DNA of 62,027 nucleotides, filler included, from Hausera hauseri (taxonomy: Eukaryota): the NCBI GenBank assembly GCA_046269625.1. It is 9 parts of 9 records of this genome, joined end to end, with 100 filler letters (N's around TTAATTAATTAA, not from the genome) between each part and the next. Parts side by side here need not be neighbours in the genome. Positions count along the whole stretch, not along the records: positions 36,617 to 43,237 come from JBJURY010080991.1; positions 43,338 to 47,441 come from JBJURY010759985.1; positions 47,542 to 54,814 come from JBJURY010025786.1; 6 more parts are not named here. One strand, 5' to 3'. This document shows positions 36,617 through 49,624 of the stretch, piece by piece (the stretch's first letter is position 1; each line of letters begins with the position of its first letter). Made by a program: the position numbers and the translations under genes. Under the pieces are notes generated by a model. That model saw only the letters and a list, made by a program, of their open reading frames with translations, was not told where the DNA came from and searched no databases.

Positions 36617-39600
36617 TATGGTTTCGTCTGTAGGAATATTATCCAGCTCAGCCAGCTGAAATAATGGTCTGAAAGAAGTACCAAATAATGCTTCTGCAGG
36701 TGAACAGCCTGTAGAAGTAGATGGTGTGTTCCGCCAGCCAAGTAGAACGTATGGAAGGAGTGTGGTCCAACTGCAATTGGACTCAGCAAGGATTTTAAGA
36801 GACGTTTTCATTGTTCGGTGGAAGCGTTCGAGAAAGCCATTCGATTGAGGATAATAGGGTGACGTATGTGTATGGTTAATTCCCAGTCGATTGACAAGAG
36901 CGTTAAACAGGTTGGATTTAACCTTTGGGCCTCGGTCCGAGATGATGTGGCGAGGTGATCCAAACCTGCTGATCCAAATGCGGATAAAAACGTCTGCGAT
37001 TTTTCTGTTTTGGTGCTCCGAAGCGGGACAGTCTCTGGCCATCGCGAGGCTCGGTCCATCATAATGAGGATGAACTGATGGCCGTTGTCTACGGGTAGTG
37101 GGCCTACCAGGATAATGTGAACAAATTCAAAACGAGACATTCAGGGAAAATGATATAATGGTGGTTTTAAATGCTTAGTAACTTTGTATTTTTGGCATGC
37201 CACACACTGCATAATCCATGCCTGTACATCAGAGCGCATCGACGGCCATACTACTTGGCGTTGTAAGAGTCGAAAAGTGGCCTTGGCACAGGGATGATGT
37301 AATGAATGGATGTTGCTTAATGCTTCTTTTTGAAGCGATTTGGAAAGGATGATTTTAGGATTATTAGGTTTGGAGGTGTCAAAGGCCATATCCTCGATGG
37401 TTTTACACTATTTAAAAGATTTAAGGATGTCAGGAGGTGGCTGGTTTTGTTGAAGTTTGGCTTGAGGAAAATTGGTATAAAATCAATCGAGCTGACCAAT
37501 CGGGACAAAAAGTCAGCTACCAAATTGTTGACTCCGTTTAAGTGCTTAATTTCAAAATTAAATGTGGACAAAAACGATATTTGCCTATCCTGACGTAGAG
37601 AAGGCGATGTCATGGTAAGAAGTTGAAGCAAGGGCTTGTGGTCCGTTTGTATTGTAAAGGTTTGTGCGGTTAGCAGATGCTTAAAGTGTTTTACGGCAAG
37701 AACCATTGCAAGCATCTCTCTGTCAACGGTGGAATATCATTGTTCTTGTGCAGTGAGTTTTCGAAAAAAGAATTCTAATGTCTCATGGGATCCATTTTTA
37801 AATTGATGGAGGACAGCACATGCAGCTGTTGTAGATGCATCCGTGGTTAAGAAGAGATCAGCATGGGAGTCGGTATAGGCCAGGATTTCCACGGTTTTTA
37901 GATTGTCTTTGAGGTGATCGAAAGCGTTGACTAGCTCGGCGGTCCATTAAATAGGCTGTTTTTTCTTGCCAGAGCTTCGTGACGCAAATGGAGTGGCTAG
38001 AGTGTAGCAGTGTAGAATATACTTGTGAATAAAGTGCAAGGTTGCGAGGAAAAAACGCATCTCTGTGAATGTACGTGGTAGCTGTATGTCTTTGAGCTGT
38101 GTGATGCGCTCTGGCTGAGATGGATGTCCGGAGGAGCTAATAACATGTCCTAGGAAGTTGACTTTATGTTGAAAAAAGGAGCATTTGGAAAAATTAATTT
38201 GCAAATTGTTTTGGTGCAAACGCTGGACGACTAAACGTAAGTGTTTGCAGTGTTGTTTCGAGGACTATAATGCAATTAGGATATCATTTATATATGGATA
38301 AGCAAAGTCTAAACCTGAGAGAAATGTATCAATATGCCTTTAGAAGGTCTGGGAGGCGCTACGGAGTCCAAAAGGCATGAGAAAATATTCGAAAAGGCCG
38401 ATAGGTGTAATGACAGCCGTTTTCAGAATGTATGCTGGGGCCACGGGAATTTGGTGGTATGCTTTGTGCAAATCAGTGCAAGAAAAAATAGTGGAACCAT
38501 GGAGCCTGTGAAGGATGTCGTTGATTAATGGCAGAGGGTTGACATATATTATTGTTACAGTGTAGAGTTGGCGGTAATTACCGCATGGGTAAAAGGTACC
38601 ATCTTTTCTTAGAACCACATGTAGTGGTGAAGACAAAGGGGATTTTGATCTTCTGATTATTCCTGATTGTTTCAGTTCCAGAAACTCAGCCTTTACTGCC
38701 TGTCTGCGGCGAGGCGACAGTGGACGGACCTTTTGATGTACTGGTCTTTGATGTGCTGTTACTATGTGATGGAAGGTGGATTTAGGTGGTACGAATGATT
38801 TGTCCTTTTGTGGTAAACGAGTGCAGGAAGACGAAACATATTGCTGTAAGTCAGAGGGCAAAGATAAAAAGTTTTCAGATGGTATCGATGCATCGTGAGT
38901 GGATGCAGTTGAAGTATGAGTTGTAGACGAGGTGTTGTGACAATGTGGTATTAGGTGCAGGATGTTTGTATTAAAGATAGTGTTGGCAGATGTACTATCA
39001 GTAATGGGTGCCACGCTGTTGGCAATATCGTATTTGTCACCGTAATAAAAATTTCTAAACAATGAGTGAGTATAAAAATAATTCAAATCGGGAGTCGTTT
39101 TTTTCAGTATTGACTTCCTGGCAGCGGTCGCCCGGGAGGTCATCGAAATGCTGTTAATTTGATTAATATTATTTCCTTTCTTTAAGGAATATCGTTTGCA
39201 GTCTACAAGTAAATTATAGTGGGGCAGAAAGTCTGAACCAAATATAGGTGTGCGTACATTGGCTACTGTGAATTTCCAGGTGAATGTGTTTGGGAAATTT
39301 GGTAATGTAAAAGTTAATTTACTAATACCAATAATTTGTAAAGGTTCACCGGACGCAGTGAACAGTTGCTTGTTGGAAGCAAAATTGTTTTGGATGTGCT
39401 GTGTTGGTGGTAGTAAAGAGATTGATGCACCGGTGTCTATGAGAAAATTAATTTTTTACTTTGTTGGAGTGACGACTGCCGCTTCCAACGTGAATACAGC
39501 AAAAGAAATGCGTCGGCCAGCTTTTCGTAGATTGTTGCCTTTTCTAGAACTTGCCATGTGTCCTAGCGGCGAAATCAGTTTTTGTAGTTGGTGAGTTAGG

Positions 39601-40955
39601 CCTACTATTTTGTGTGATTTTAATAGTGTTGGCTTTATTGTGTGTGCGTCATAGTTTCAACCAGGTAGGCATTTTTGTGCTTTTGTTCCAAATTTTGCCT
39701 AATAGATGCAAACGATGTTACTTGTGTTAAAATTGTGGGTGTAAAATTTACAACCGATGCAGCATTTTTGGGTATTGTTGACAAATTTGCTGTAATAGTA
39801 GCAGATAAACGACCGGACTAGTAAAGGTGACCGTCTTTGTCGTTGACGAAATACATCAGGGGAAGCAGCCCTAGAAAAACTTCGTCGAGGCAAAGTTAAT
39901 TTATTTAATTTCTCATTTATATTATTAATTGTTTTTTTCAACATTTCGTTGTCTGAGCGTAATTGCAAAATTCTTTGCTGCAGCATTGCATTTTGTTGTT
40001 GGTGGTTTGTTGTTAAATCCGCAGAGACAGTTGTTGCTGTGTGTGAGTGCAGCAATTAATAGGCTTTGTCCGCCAGTTCAGCTAACTTTTACAGTGCCGT
40101 GGAATCTTCGACCACAGTAAGCATGGCTTTTACTTAAAGGGGCAATGAGCTTAAAAAATAACGACGAAGAAGTTCTGGACTATGCTCAGATGTTACGCCT
40201 AGAGTATTGAGGTGAGATAAAGATGTGCGCAAGAACTCAGACGGTTTCTGAAGGCCCACGGCGTTGTCATTGAAGAAACTTTAAATGATAGAATCTATTG
40301 ACGGCTCAGTAAGCTTAAAAACGGCATTATAAAGTTGAGCATATAGATCGGTGTGGTGAAGGATGTCTATAATGTTCGTAATTTTGGTTTTGATAGAAGT
40401 AGGTAAATGGAAAAACAGGTTGTTGGCTTTGGATAAGGGGTCGACGACGTTTTGTGATTGTAGCCAGAATTGATGCAGTTTTAACCATGTTTAGGTAGAA
40501 TTTTGTCTGTCGATGTATTCTGTGAAGGGCGAATGAGTGGGAAGTGTGTGTTGTGCAAAGTGTTAGATCTGTGATAGAGATCTGTGGTTTGGTTGGTTTG
40601 TCCATGGTATCAATTGTGGGTGGTGAATCCATGCAACCACAGATATGAAGGCAGACAGGAGTTGTGGAAGGTTGGAGGGGTCCAGCGAAAAGCATTACAG
40701 ATCCATTGTGTGAGATAAAAGTCAGAGGAGTGAAGTAAGGTAGAGGTGAAGTTTTGAATAGCCGCAGTGTGTAAGTGTAATACTGTATGTGTGAATGTGT
40801 TTATTTAAAAAAAAGAAAATGAAGTACGGTGAGGTGGTATGTCCGGGGGCGTGTTGTGGGGTGGTAACGAAAGGTGCCGTCTGACTCAATGGTGAAGGGT
40901 GGGCGGCCGGGGCCTCAACTTCGCCGCGGCGGGTGCCAAATTTTGGGGTAACCGA
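36617..40955 (-). mobile_element. Decayed Gypsy (CsRn1-like) element with partial 5' LTR
   Basis: Colinear with 19750-24500: gag with tandem CHCC fingers, FLIDTGA, SPLSSPLHVV..KDG, TDAS, TDHKPL, integrase core. GC-rich LTR-like block with AATAAA at ~40770-40955. Confidence 0.92.
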
Positions 40956-40999
40956 ATTTCCCATATGTACCGTTTCCCCATCGGTTGCTCTGGCATTTA

Positions 41000-42700
41000 T
41001 TATTTCTGATACAGAGGTTGTAAACACACGGCATATTAACATATTTTGATGAAATGTATGTTTTCACAGCGTGAAAAACGCGACTGTAAAGTTCGCTGCG
41101 CATCCCCGTACAAAGGTCATAAGGTGACAACGGGGGTAAATATATTCCGCAAATCATTCGTCGACTCATTATCAATAATATCATTGAGACAGGAGTTGAA
41201 AAAAATCATTGCTTTGTCGAACTTAGCAGCTGTTTTATGACCTGTGGCATGTCATTTGTATTCAGTAGTTACAAGTAAACCTTTGAGAATCTCCAAGAAT
41301 GAAAGACATAAATAAAGATCTTTCAAAGCTATTATGCCCTCATTTAGATTCCCGATAGCACAACACCAATCGTGAAGTGCGTTCAGATCGGCTTTGGTCA
41401 AAGCGAGATCTTCATTGAAAATGATGTGATTGAAATCCCTTGTTATTTTGTATAAGGCCACTTCTGCAACGCAATTCAGGTTACTAAGAAATGACAACAT
41501 TTGGGTTGGATTGCTGAGACGTTCGGTTAGTCTTTTATAGAACTGAGTTTGATTTGATATATTTAACTTGACTGCGTTCATGTAATGCTGAGCAAAATCA
41601 ATGATACTCCATGGCTTAATGAAGCTTAAGTTGAAAACACTTTTATTATCGATAAAACTGACGTAGCATTATTAATAATACAATCACTTAAATTGACAAT
41701 CTGTGATACTTTCAACGGATTACCATCGACATCTTCAAACGAAACTTTATTCGTTTGAACTAAGGAAATGTTGTTATATGGATCGGCTTTCTCATTTATA
41801 AATTTAAAGTCAATAAATATTACCTTGGTGTGCCATAAAAGATTGCTTTTCTGACACTAATTATAGTTTTCTGTTATGCTTTCAAAACGTACATCCTGCG
41901 AGGAACACTGCAGATGGCCCTTGAACAGAGTGATGACCCGATCGAAATCGTGATATTCATTGTTGTACAATACCAATGTCAGCTTTTGAGTTTTCATCGT
42001 CCGGAATTCCGTTTGGAGAATGTCCATTACTTTCTTCAACGCTTCATTCCAGACGTCTTCGATGCCTTCGCACAACGGGGTCATAACAAATCGCCGATCG
42101 TCATCAATGATAACTATCGCCAATTCAATGAACCGTTTTCTGACGTTTTCCGATATCTGTATCAGATATTTATCGTTATCTTCAATCGATTCACTGCGTT
42201 CTGATTGACTATCCACACCGCCGTGTCACGTACAGCTTAGTTGGGATTTCCATGCTTCGACGTTACAGCAGTTGCAACAACCGCCGCCGACTGATGTATT
42301 CATCTGATAGTCATGTTAACATGTTTACTATTTATAAAACAATTCCGGCACAAAACGCGCGCCTCGTCCGTTGCACAATCCCTGCACATAATCCCGTTCA
42401 CGATTTTATAAAATTCGCCTATGAACAAAATTCGTTCCACAATCGATCAAAATATCACGTCCGACTGAACGATTAATATCTCAACAAATATCGACGCATT
42501 TGAACTGTTGTAATATTCAACATCCGGAGCCGGTGATGATGACGGTTTGCAAAGAAATGCGGATCTTTCGAATAGCGTTTGAAGTAATTCATTTAGCGAT
42601 TGGCAATTTTCCAAATTTAAAATCGATACGTTATCTGAGTTCATAAATAAAATTCGCAAAAATCTACAAATCTAATCATATGTCAAAGAAAACTGGACCT
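41000..42700 (-). pseudogene. UBR1: Disabled fragment of N-recognin E3 ligase UBR1/UBR2 (UBR box and ClpS-like domain)
   Basis: CRDCATDEARVLCRNCFINSKH / HDYQMNTSVGGGCCNCCNVEAW (UBR box, ~42215-42390, two frameshifts and a TGA). LVLYNNEYHDFDRVITLF is the ClpS-like N-domain. Confidence 0.85.
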
Positions 42701-42989
42701 GGTAACTTTGCGAGATTTGACGAAATAACCAAAATATTACAAATTCAGTAGAATATTTGTAAGTAAATAAAAACGTAAAATGGCGAGAGTAATTTCAAAA
42801 AAAATTTTAACCGTGTCTTGTATTATTAAAACAAAAAAATTTTTCACTGCAGAAAAAAATAACAGTATTATTAGTAAAAGTAAGAGAATTAAAAAATTCC
42901 ACATCAATTTATATTTCAGTTATATAATTGACATTATTCAAACAAATTGTCACATTTTCTAACTTCCCTCTCGCCGTTTTGTTGTTTGA

Positions 42990-43237
42990 CGTCACTCTTT
43001 TCAACCACTCAATTCTCCTGGGTTTCAGTCTACTCGGAAATTGTAGTACCGCCTAATGTGGAGTAAGGAATTTAACTATTCGGTATGGCCCTTCGTATCT
43101 GTCCCCATCTTTCTTTCTTTTGTGTGGGTCTATTTTTACTAATACCTCTTCCCCCACTTAAAACATTCGGTGTCCGCGTTTTTGATCTTCCAATAGTTGT
43201 AATCTTTCGGCGGCCTTTTTACTATTCTGTTCCACTG
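42990..43237 (-). mobile_element. Integrase C-terminus (GPY motif) of a second Gypsy family
   Basis: GEEVLVKID...RYEGPYRIVKFL..RRIEWLK. Confidence 0.7.
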
Positions 43238-43557
43238 NNNNNNNNNNNNNNNNNNNNNNNNNNNNNNNNNNNNNNNNNNNNTTAATTAATTAANNNNNNN
43301 NNNNNNNNNNNNNNNNNNNNNNNNNNNNNNNNNNNNNAAAGGCTATGTAAACACGAACTAATTATATAATAGTTATAAAGATTCTCCAACTTGATCAAGA
43401 AGACAACACGATATTTATATACAACATTTATTAAACAAAGAATAACAATGAATAAAAAATATTTACAATGCCATATGTCCATGAGGTAGTGTGTGGATTC
43501 CATCGCTGAGGATCTGCCTCTTATCATCCATCTAATCTAGGCTTTTCTTATGCAGTG

Positions 43558-46130
43558 TTACTGTTGGATGTTATGATCCCTAGATTGGATCCTTCTCATT
43601 TCCGATATGATGTGAGTCTGCTCCTGCGGAACTCTCACATAGTCCTCAAAACTGATCTTCTTGGCGAAGGTCGCCCTTTGAACGACCTTAGCTCTCTTTT
43701 TGATCTGGCAACATACGTCTAGAGCATACATTTTAGATCTGAGAGCTACAAATCTTGAGATGATTGTTCCTTTCACCTCATCTTTAAATTTCCCTAGGAC
43801 TTTCTTATTTGCAATTGAATAGTTGGGATGTTCCTTCAGATAGTCCGAGGTATCCATATGCTGTGCCAACTTAGCAAATTCCTCATAAATGCCCTCAGTA
43901 TGGATCTGATAGATGAAACTATCAGTATCTATGTACATCAGTTGTATGGACTTGAATGTGTGGACCATGATGTCGTAGTGGAATTTGTACATCAAGGTCT
44001 TTGATAGTTCCATACCCACATATATGGACTTGTTGAATACCAATGCTGTTTTTAACATATGGATTCCTACCAAGTTCTCCGTATATATTTTGCTGCTGTG
44101 GAAGTTAGGCTTGGCAATGAGCTTCTTTCCCCGCTTCCAGTCACATACTAGCTCTATGTTGATTCTCTTGCGGATATTGTCCATGATCTTGCCAAAAACG
44201 ATGTTGTTATATAGTTTGAATTGGTCTTTCTCAAAGTCGTCCTTGGAATTAGTCCACAGCTTCGTATTGAGATCTATTTATGACTGTAGCCACATGGACT
44301 ACCTGAACTGCAGGACTCTGTGGATCTTAGTGATACGAAGTCCATGTCTAACTGCCTACTGGAGATTGATGTAGTGAGCTACATACCTTTCCCTATTACT
44401 GAGATGACAGAGCAGCTTTCTCTGCTTTCGATGGGGCGGAGGTCTGCTCTCAGGGAGGAAAGGCAGCTACTCATTCCTTGTGTGGATGGAAGAAGGATAT
44501 TCCATATCCTCCTCCATTATGTATCCAGTATCTTTAGTGAATTTAGATTTAATATACGGATGTTTTCAGGATTCTCGACCCATTTGAAGTTATCATATGG
44601 CAATGGGTGCTCATTGCATATCCATACAAGTTGTTGGCATCCAGGTATAATATATATGAGGATTCCTTTGTTGAGTCGTATTCTGTCATATACTTGTTGT
44701 TGGCCTCACTATACCGATGAATGATCTGGCATATTCCACCTCTTATGCCTCTCGCAATCATAAGGATCATATCATAATCCTTAACGATCTGCAGCCTAAT
44801 ACTAGTATAGCGCAGCACTGTTGCCCAACTCATTCCTGGAGCCGTAAAGAAATTAGCCAGATCCAAAGCATGGCTCTTCATTGTAACATCCTGAAACTCT
44901 CAAAGACGTCTGTCAGCAGCAGCACATCGGTTTGGAAATATATCACTATATTCCTCTATTGTCCTGCATTGGAATGCCTACCAGATGTTCTGGGCATGCT
45001 GGTATTCCTCATTACTGATATTACAGTCCGACAGATGGCTATAAAAGCCCTCTTTGTCCGGCAATGAGGTCTCATCCAGTGTTTTTCATGAAGTTATATA
45101 GTCATAGGGAAACACTCCTTTTCTTTTAACCATGTCAAATTTAGTGGGGAAGAATCGCTTCGTCTCCTTGAGTTCTTCTGCAGAGAGTTTCTTCATTAAA
45201 CTATCCAGTGAAGACAACATGAAACGAAAGCTGTCTATCAAGCGAAGTCGGATTTTACCAACATGCTTAGTGAAAGTGATATACTTCTCACTGTTTGGGA
45301 TCACATCTATATTACCATCAATGTTGCCTAATTCGCGGACTATGAAATGGAAATCATAGCCACTGAGATTATGGAACACTACAGGCACATATGTGCATGT
45401 TTTTGTTGCATGCTGCCCCTCGATATGCACCTGTAAAATGGCAGTGGTCCTTGACTTTCCAATTTTTCTTGGTGAAGGACTTGTCGCACAAGTAACATGT
45501 TGTTGCTTTGTGCCATTCTTCCTCTTGTTTCCACGACATGCTCATATTATCCTTATGCTGCTGAAACATGTTTTCAAGCTTATGAGCCACGTCTTCAGGT
45601 CTCTTTATGGAATATGCTGCTGCACCTGGACCTCTGAATAAAAATGGTTTACTGTCCAGTCCTTTGGCATACATGCAATACGATGAATGTTCATGATATT
45701 GGTATGCCGTTGTGCTGCATCGTTGAGAACTGGGAGTGAATGTCTGAACTGGCCTAAGAATAGCTTCAAAGTCGCAATAGACGACAGTTGGGACCTTGAG
45801 CTTCTTCTTGAACTCCTTGAATTTAATATAGTCCTCCTTGGTAAATTCTGGCCTTACACAATATTTCTTGCTGCAATACACTTTATGCTCTGCAAGCTCG
45901 TTCACTGCTGCATCACCACTGGAATGATTCAAGCATCGCTTACAGATCTCAATTTTCCCCTGATATTTCGTAATTTGAGATCTTACTAGACGTTCAAAAT
46001 TCTTTATCCGTACTTAATGTTTCTTTTCTCCATCGTCTAGTAGGAGCAGATCCCTATGACCTCTTAATTCATTATAATATATTGGCATGGGGTAGAATTT
46101 ATCTTCCTTATTCAATCCAAAGATGTTATT
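43558..46130 (-). pseudogene. Decayed Polinton/adintovirus-type polymerase B with Zn finger and endonuclease VII-like HNH domain
   Basis: ICKRCLNH, VVYCDFEAIL, CYLC..KVKDHCHFTGAYRGAACN, VVFHNLSGYDFHFI, IDSFRFM, KGVFPYDY, YLDANNLYGYAMS, KLYNNIVFGK, YIDTDS, KKVLGKFKDE, LRSKMY. Split across several frames. Confidence 0.9.
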
Positions 46131-46139
46131 TTGTTGTTT

Positions 46140-46757
46140 TGTCATTTATCCAATAACCTTCCGTTTTGAATACACTTTTTAGACAATTTTTTGGATTCAC
46201 TGATAAATATTCCGGACCAAATTCCATCCAGCCAAATATATATTTTGTATTAATTTCCGTCGTACTGTTAACTGTTAAATATGCTTTCTTAATTCGGCAA
46301 CCAATTTCTGGAGCAATTCAACCAATATGCCAATTAGTTTCACAACGGAAATCCAGTGATACTTGTAAACTATGTTTGGAATATTCAACTACTGCAGAAT
46401 GCTTTGTTGTAAAAAATTTGTTAATGGGACCGATTTGAAAATAATAGGAAAGTATAAAACGTTTTTAAAAACTTTTCTAACTGGACCTTTTGTTCGTTGA
46501 TGATGTTCATATCGAAATTACCAAATAATTTCTTTGGAGGTAATTTATCAGGAATTTGTGATGATCTATGCAACTTTTTCAAATTGTCAAAATCGGAATA
46601 ATTTTTGACAACAATATAAAATTTCCCAGTAAGACTTGTTAGCACCCTGCGTGACACGAACATGATTTTCAATATAATCAGTTAAATAGTGAGGAGTTTC
46701 GATGAATACGGTAATGTAAAGTCCCTCAAAAGTAACAAACTGGACTGCATTTTCCAT
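46140..46757 (-). pseudogene. PXK: Disabled, intronless 5' fragment of PX domain-containing kinase-like protein
   Basis: PX domain YSDFDNL..LPPKKLFGNFD..INEQKVQLEKFL, then QVSLDFRCETNW..EIGCRIKKAY..IFGWMEFGPEYLS, paralleling PXK QVSMFFRSEPKW..DIGWRIRKKY..LSWADLGPDKYLS. Indels present. Confidence 0.8.
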
Positions 46758-47167
46758 TGTTTAACATAAATTAACTCAAACCTCTAAAAATTGAAATTGG
46801 AATGAATTCAAAAAAGTGGCGTAGTAAAATGTAAATCGCCAAAAAAATCTTTTATTATTCAAACAAAATTTACATATCACTCATTTTAATTTTATTGACA
46901 AAAATAATCCAATACTCACAAAAACTATATAGCTACTGTGAGGAGAAATTTAAACGAGTATTAATGTTTAAATTCAATTCAAAGTCAATTCGATAAATAG
47001 CCTACATAAAGTCGAGAAATTCAAAAAAGAATGAAAATACGACTCATTTAATGAGTGAATGAGATAATTGTTATACAAACTTTTATAATAAATTTCTTAT
47101 AAAGAATTCAATCGTACAATCATCGAGTGACGTTGAGGTCGAAATGGTAGATACGCGATATACTAAC

Positions 47168-47441
47168 ATGGCAAATCACGCTTCAAGAGATTTCTTCGAA
47201 AAAAATTGATGTCAAAAGAATTCCAAAAAGGTGACAACGTGAAAATCTTTATTGAAAAATGCGAGAAATACTTCGACTTTATAAAGATGTCGGAGTCGGA
47301 TCGGAAAACCGCGGTCCTGTGCCTGTTGGCGGACGAAGAACAGGAAAAATACCAGCTGGTGAGTCAGAAGGTGAAAGGTTACCAAAATCGGTTGAGAAAA
47401 GCCTTTGCAAAACCCACAACGCTGTGCGGAGATCTGCGGGA
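47168..47441 (+). mobile_element. gag: Start of an LTR-retrotransposon gag (truncated by contig end)
   Basis: FQKGDNVKIFIEKCEKYFDF...KTAVLCLL..YQ....Y..RLRKAF gag-like pattern. Confidence 0.55.
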
Positions 47442-48113
47442 NNNNNNNNNNNNNNNNNNNNNNNNNNNNNNNNNNNNNNNNNNNNTTAATTAATTAANNN
47501 NNNNNNNNNNNNNNNNNNNNNNNNNNNNNNNNNNNNNNNNNCCGTGTGCAAAAATTCACTTGCAGCTCAGTTTTGTCATCTTTTTTAAGACAGTGTATTT
47601 ATGGTATTTTGTTGAAGTATTCGTTTATTTTGCATTTCTTTGGCAAATAGATATCAGTAAATGAGCATTGCTTTGCAATATTCTACATTTCCAATATACT
47701 TTCTTATTGTGAAATATGACGTTATTATGCATTATTGAACAATGTCCAATTAGCATGTAACGTTTGGGAATATGTGACAACTGGTATATGTTCAAAAATT
47801 GCGGCAAAGTGCATAAACATACTCATCAACACATATAGCCCGAACATCGTTATTCACTGCCTAGCGCATAGTGATGCCAAATGGTATACGACGACACACT
47901 GTGACGACGTCTGTGTATTTCAGCGTGTTCCAACGGCACAAAGCTTATTCAAATATAGTTTGATAAGCAGTGCATGGCGATGCCAATTGGCATCATATAT
48001 TTTTAACCCCATTCTTGACCAAAATTAAAAATTTTACTGGCCATAATAGACTTAATTCATAACGACTTGTTAAGTTTCATAATTTTCGTCCAACTATATC
48101 TATACCCATGTAA

Positions 48114-49160
48114 TACAGGGTGAAAGTACTGGATTGCCCACCGAAAAACAGAAACATAAACTTGGTTGAAGGTGTTTCATTTCCGAAAAGATTTATGATG
48201 GGATAGTTTCAAACATTCCCTGATGGCACCTAATGTAAATCTATTTTAGAATTAAATAGTATGAAAAGAAATAAACTTTTAGAGCTTAATAAGTAGCTAC
48301 AAGCTCACTTTGTACGGATTTAACTAAAGTGGAAATTTTATAATATCATTTGTAACATTATATTGCAAAAAAATGAATTACCGGGGTTTTTCATAAGTTT
48401 TGTCCGATAAAAACATTTATAAAAATCTCAGCATTTCAGTTTTCATTTTATACACTTAAGATAAATTGCTCAAATTAGTATTTATTTTACGAAATATACA
48501 GATGTTTACAATCAGGATGTATAACAGTGTAGCAAATAGAAATAGTTTATACCTGTATTATTGAACATTACTTCAATTTAAAATTACATTTAGTTGTCAT
48601 TTAAATTTTCTTTTTATTCATTTTAGATCGATTATACATCATTTCAAATCATTTTCTATAGTTTAGTTTTATCATACAAAGAACAAAATGAATTTTAATC
48701 GGGATAGTGAGAATCATAATTTAATGTTTATGGACGAAAGGACTTAATCCACCAACAGCAAACGAAATACTTTGGGTAAGAATACAACAAGCCCACATGT
48801 CAACGATGAGTAGCAAAATTCACTAATGTGGAGTTCGATATGGAGGACAAGGAACGCAACAGATGACCAAAAGTGGTTATCGATGATGACATTAAACGGT
48901 ATTTGGAAGAAAACCCACAGAAATGATAGCAGTTCAACTAAGCATTGCTGTATCGAATGGTTGGCGTTATATGCAGGCAATGAATTTACGCTACGTATCT
49001 TGCACATGTGCGCCTCCTGAGTTGTCAAATGATAACCGGCGAAATTGTGTTCGCATATTAAATGAGTTGTTGCAGCTTTATAAAGAAAATAATTTTTAAA
49101 TCAATTTGTCAAACAAGATGACACATGGATTTATTGAAATTATAAAAATAAATAAATAAT
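48114..49160 (+). mobile_element. Degenerate Tc1/mariner element
   Basis: TA-CAGGGTG terminus at 48114. Mariner-like remnant FDMEDKER..PKVVIDDDIKRYLEENPQ at ~48830-48920. Confidence 0.45.
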
Positions 49161-49624
49161 CGATTTTCTATTTATTTTTTTATTACAAAATTTACCATAA
49201 CACTACGTACAATGATAAACCAACAGTTTCTTACGTGTACGAATAGCAACTGATACTACGTTGAATGTATATGAAATAGTAACAAAATAAGTGTCAAGAA
49301 CAATCAATAAACTCCATACAAATTTGTGTATGTAGTCTAAAGTTTTAAGCACTGACAACAAAAAATAATCTCAAAGTAAAAACATATCGAGAAAACAACA
49401 GTTTGTAAAATTATGTAAAATATGTCTGATTCGAATTCCTCACCGACCATTGGTGTTCATAAATATTCTAAAATCATCGCTAGGTTCTACAGTGTACGCG
49501 TGTCGAATCATATTGTAGATTGGCTGTGAGATATGGGCACAACCGGCTTTCCACTAGATTCCATGGCGTTGGTTTCTGATGGTTACTGCATTTACTCGAC
49601 CAGTATTTTGGTGAGGACACGAAT

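Noticed and set aside
46421-46672. Nischarin or sorting nexin as identity of the PX domain
   Set aside because: The sequence after the PX domain follows PXK (QVS..FR.E..W, IG.RI.K.Y, W...GP..YLS).
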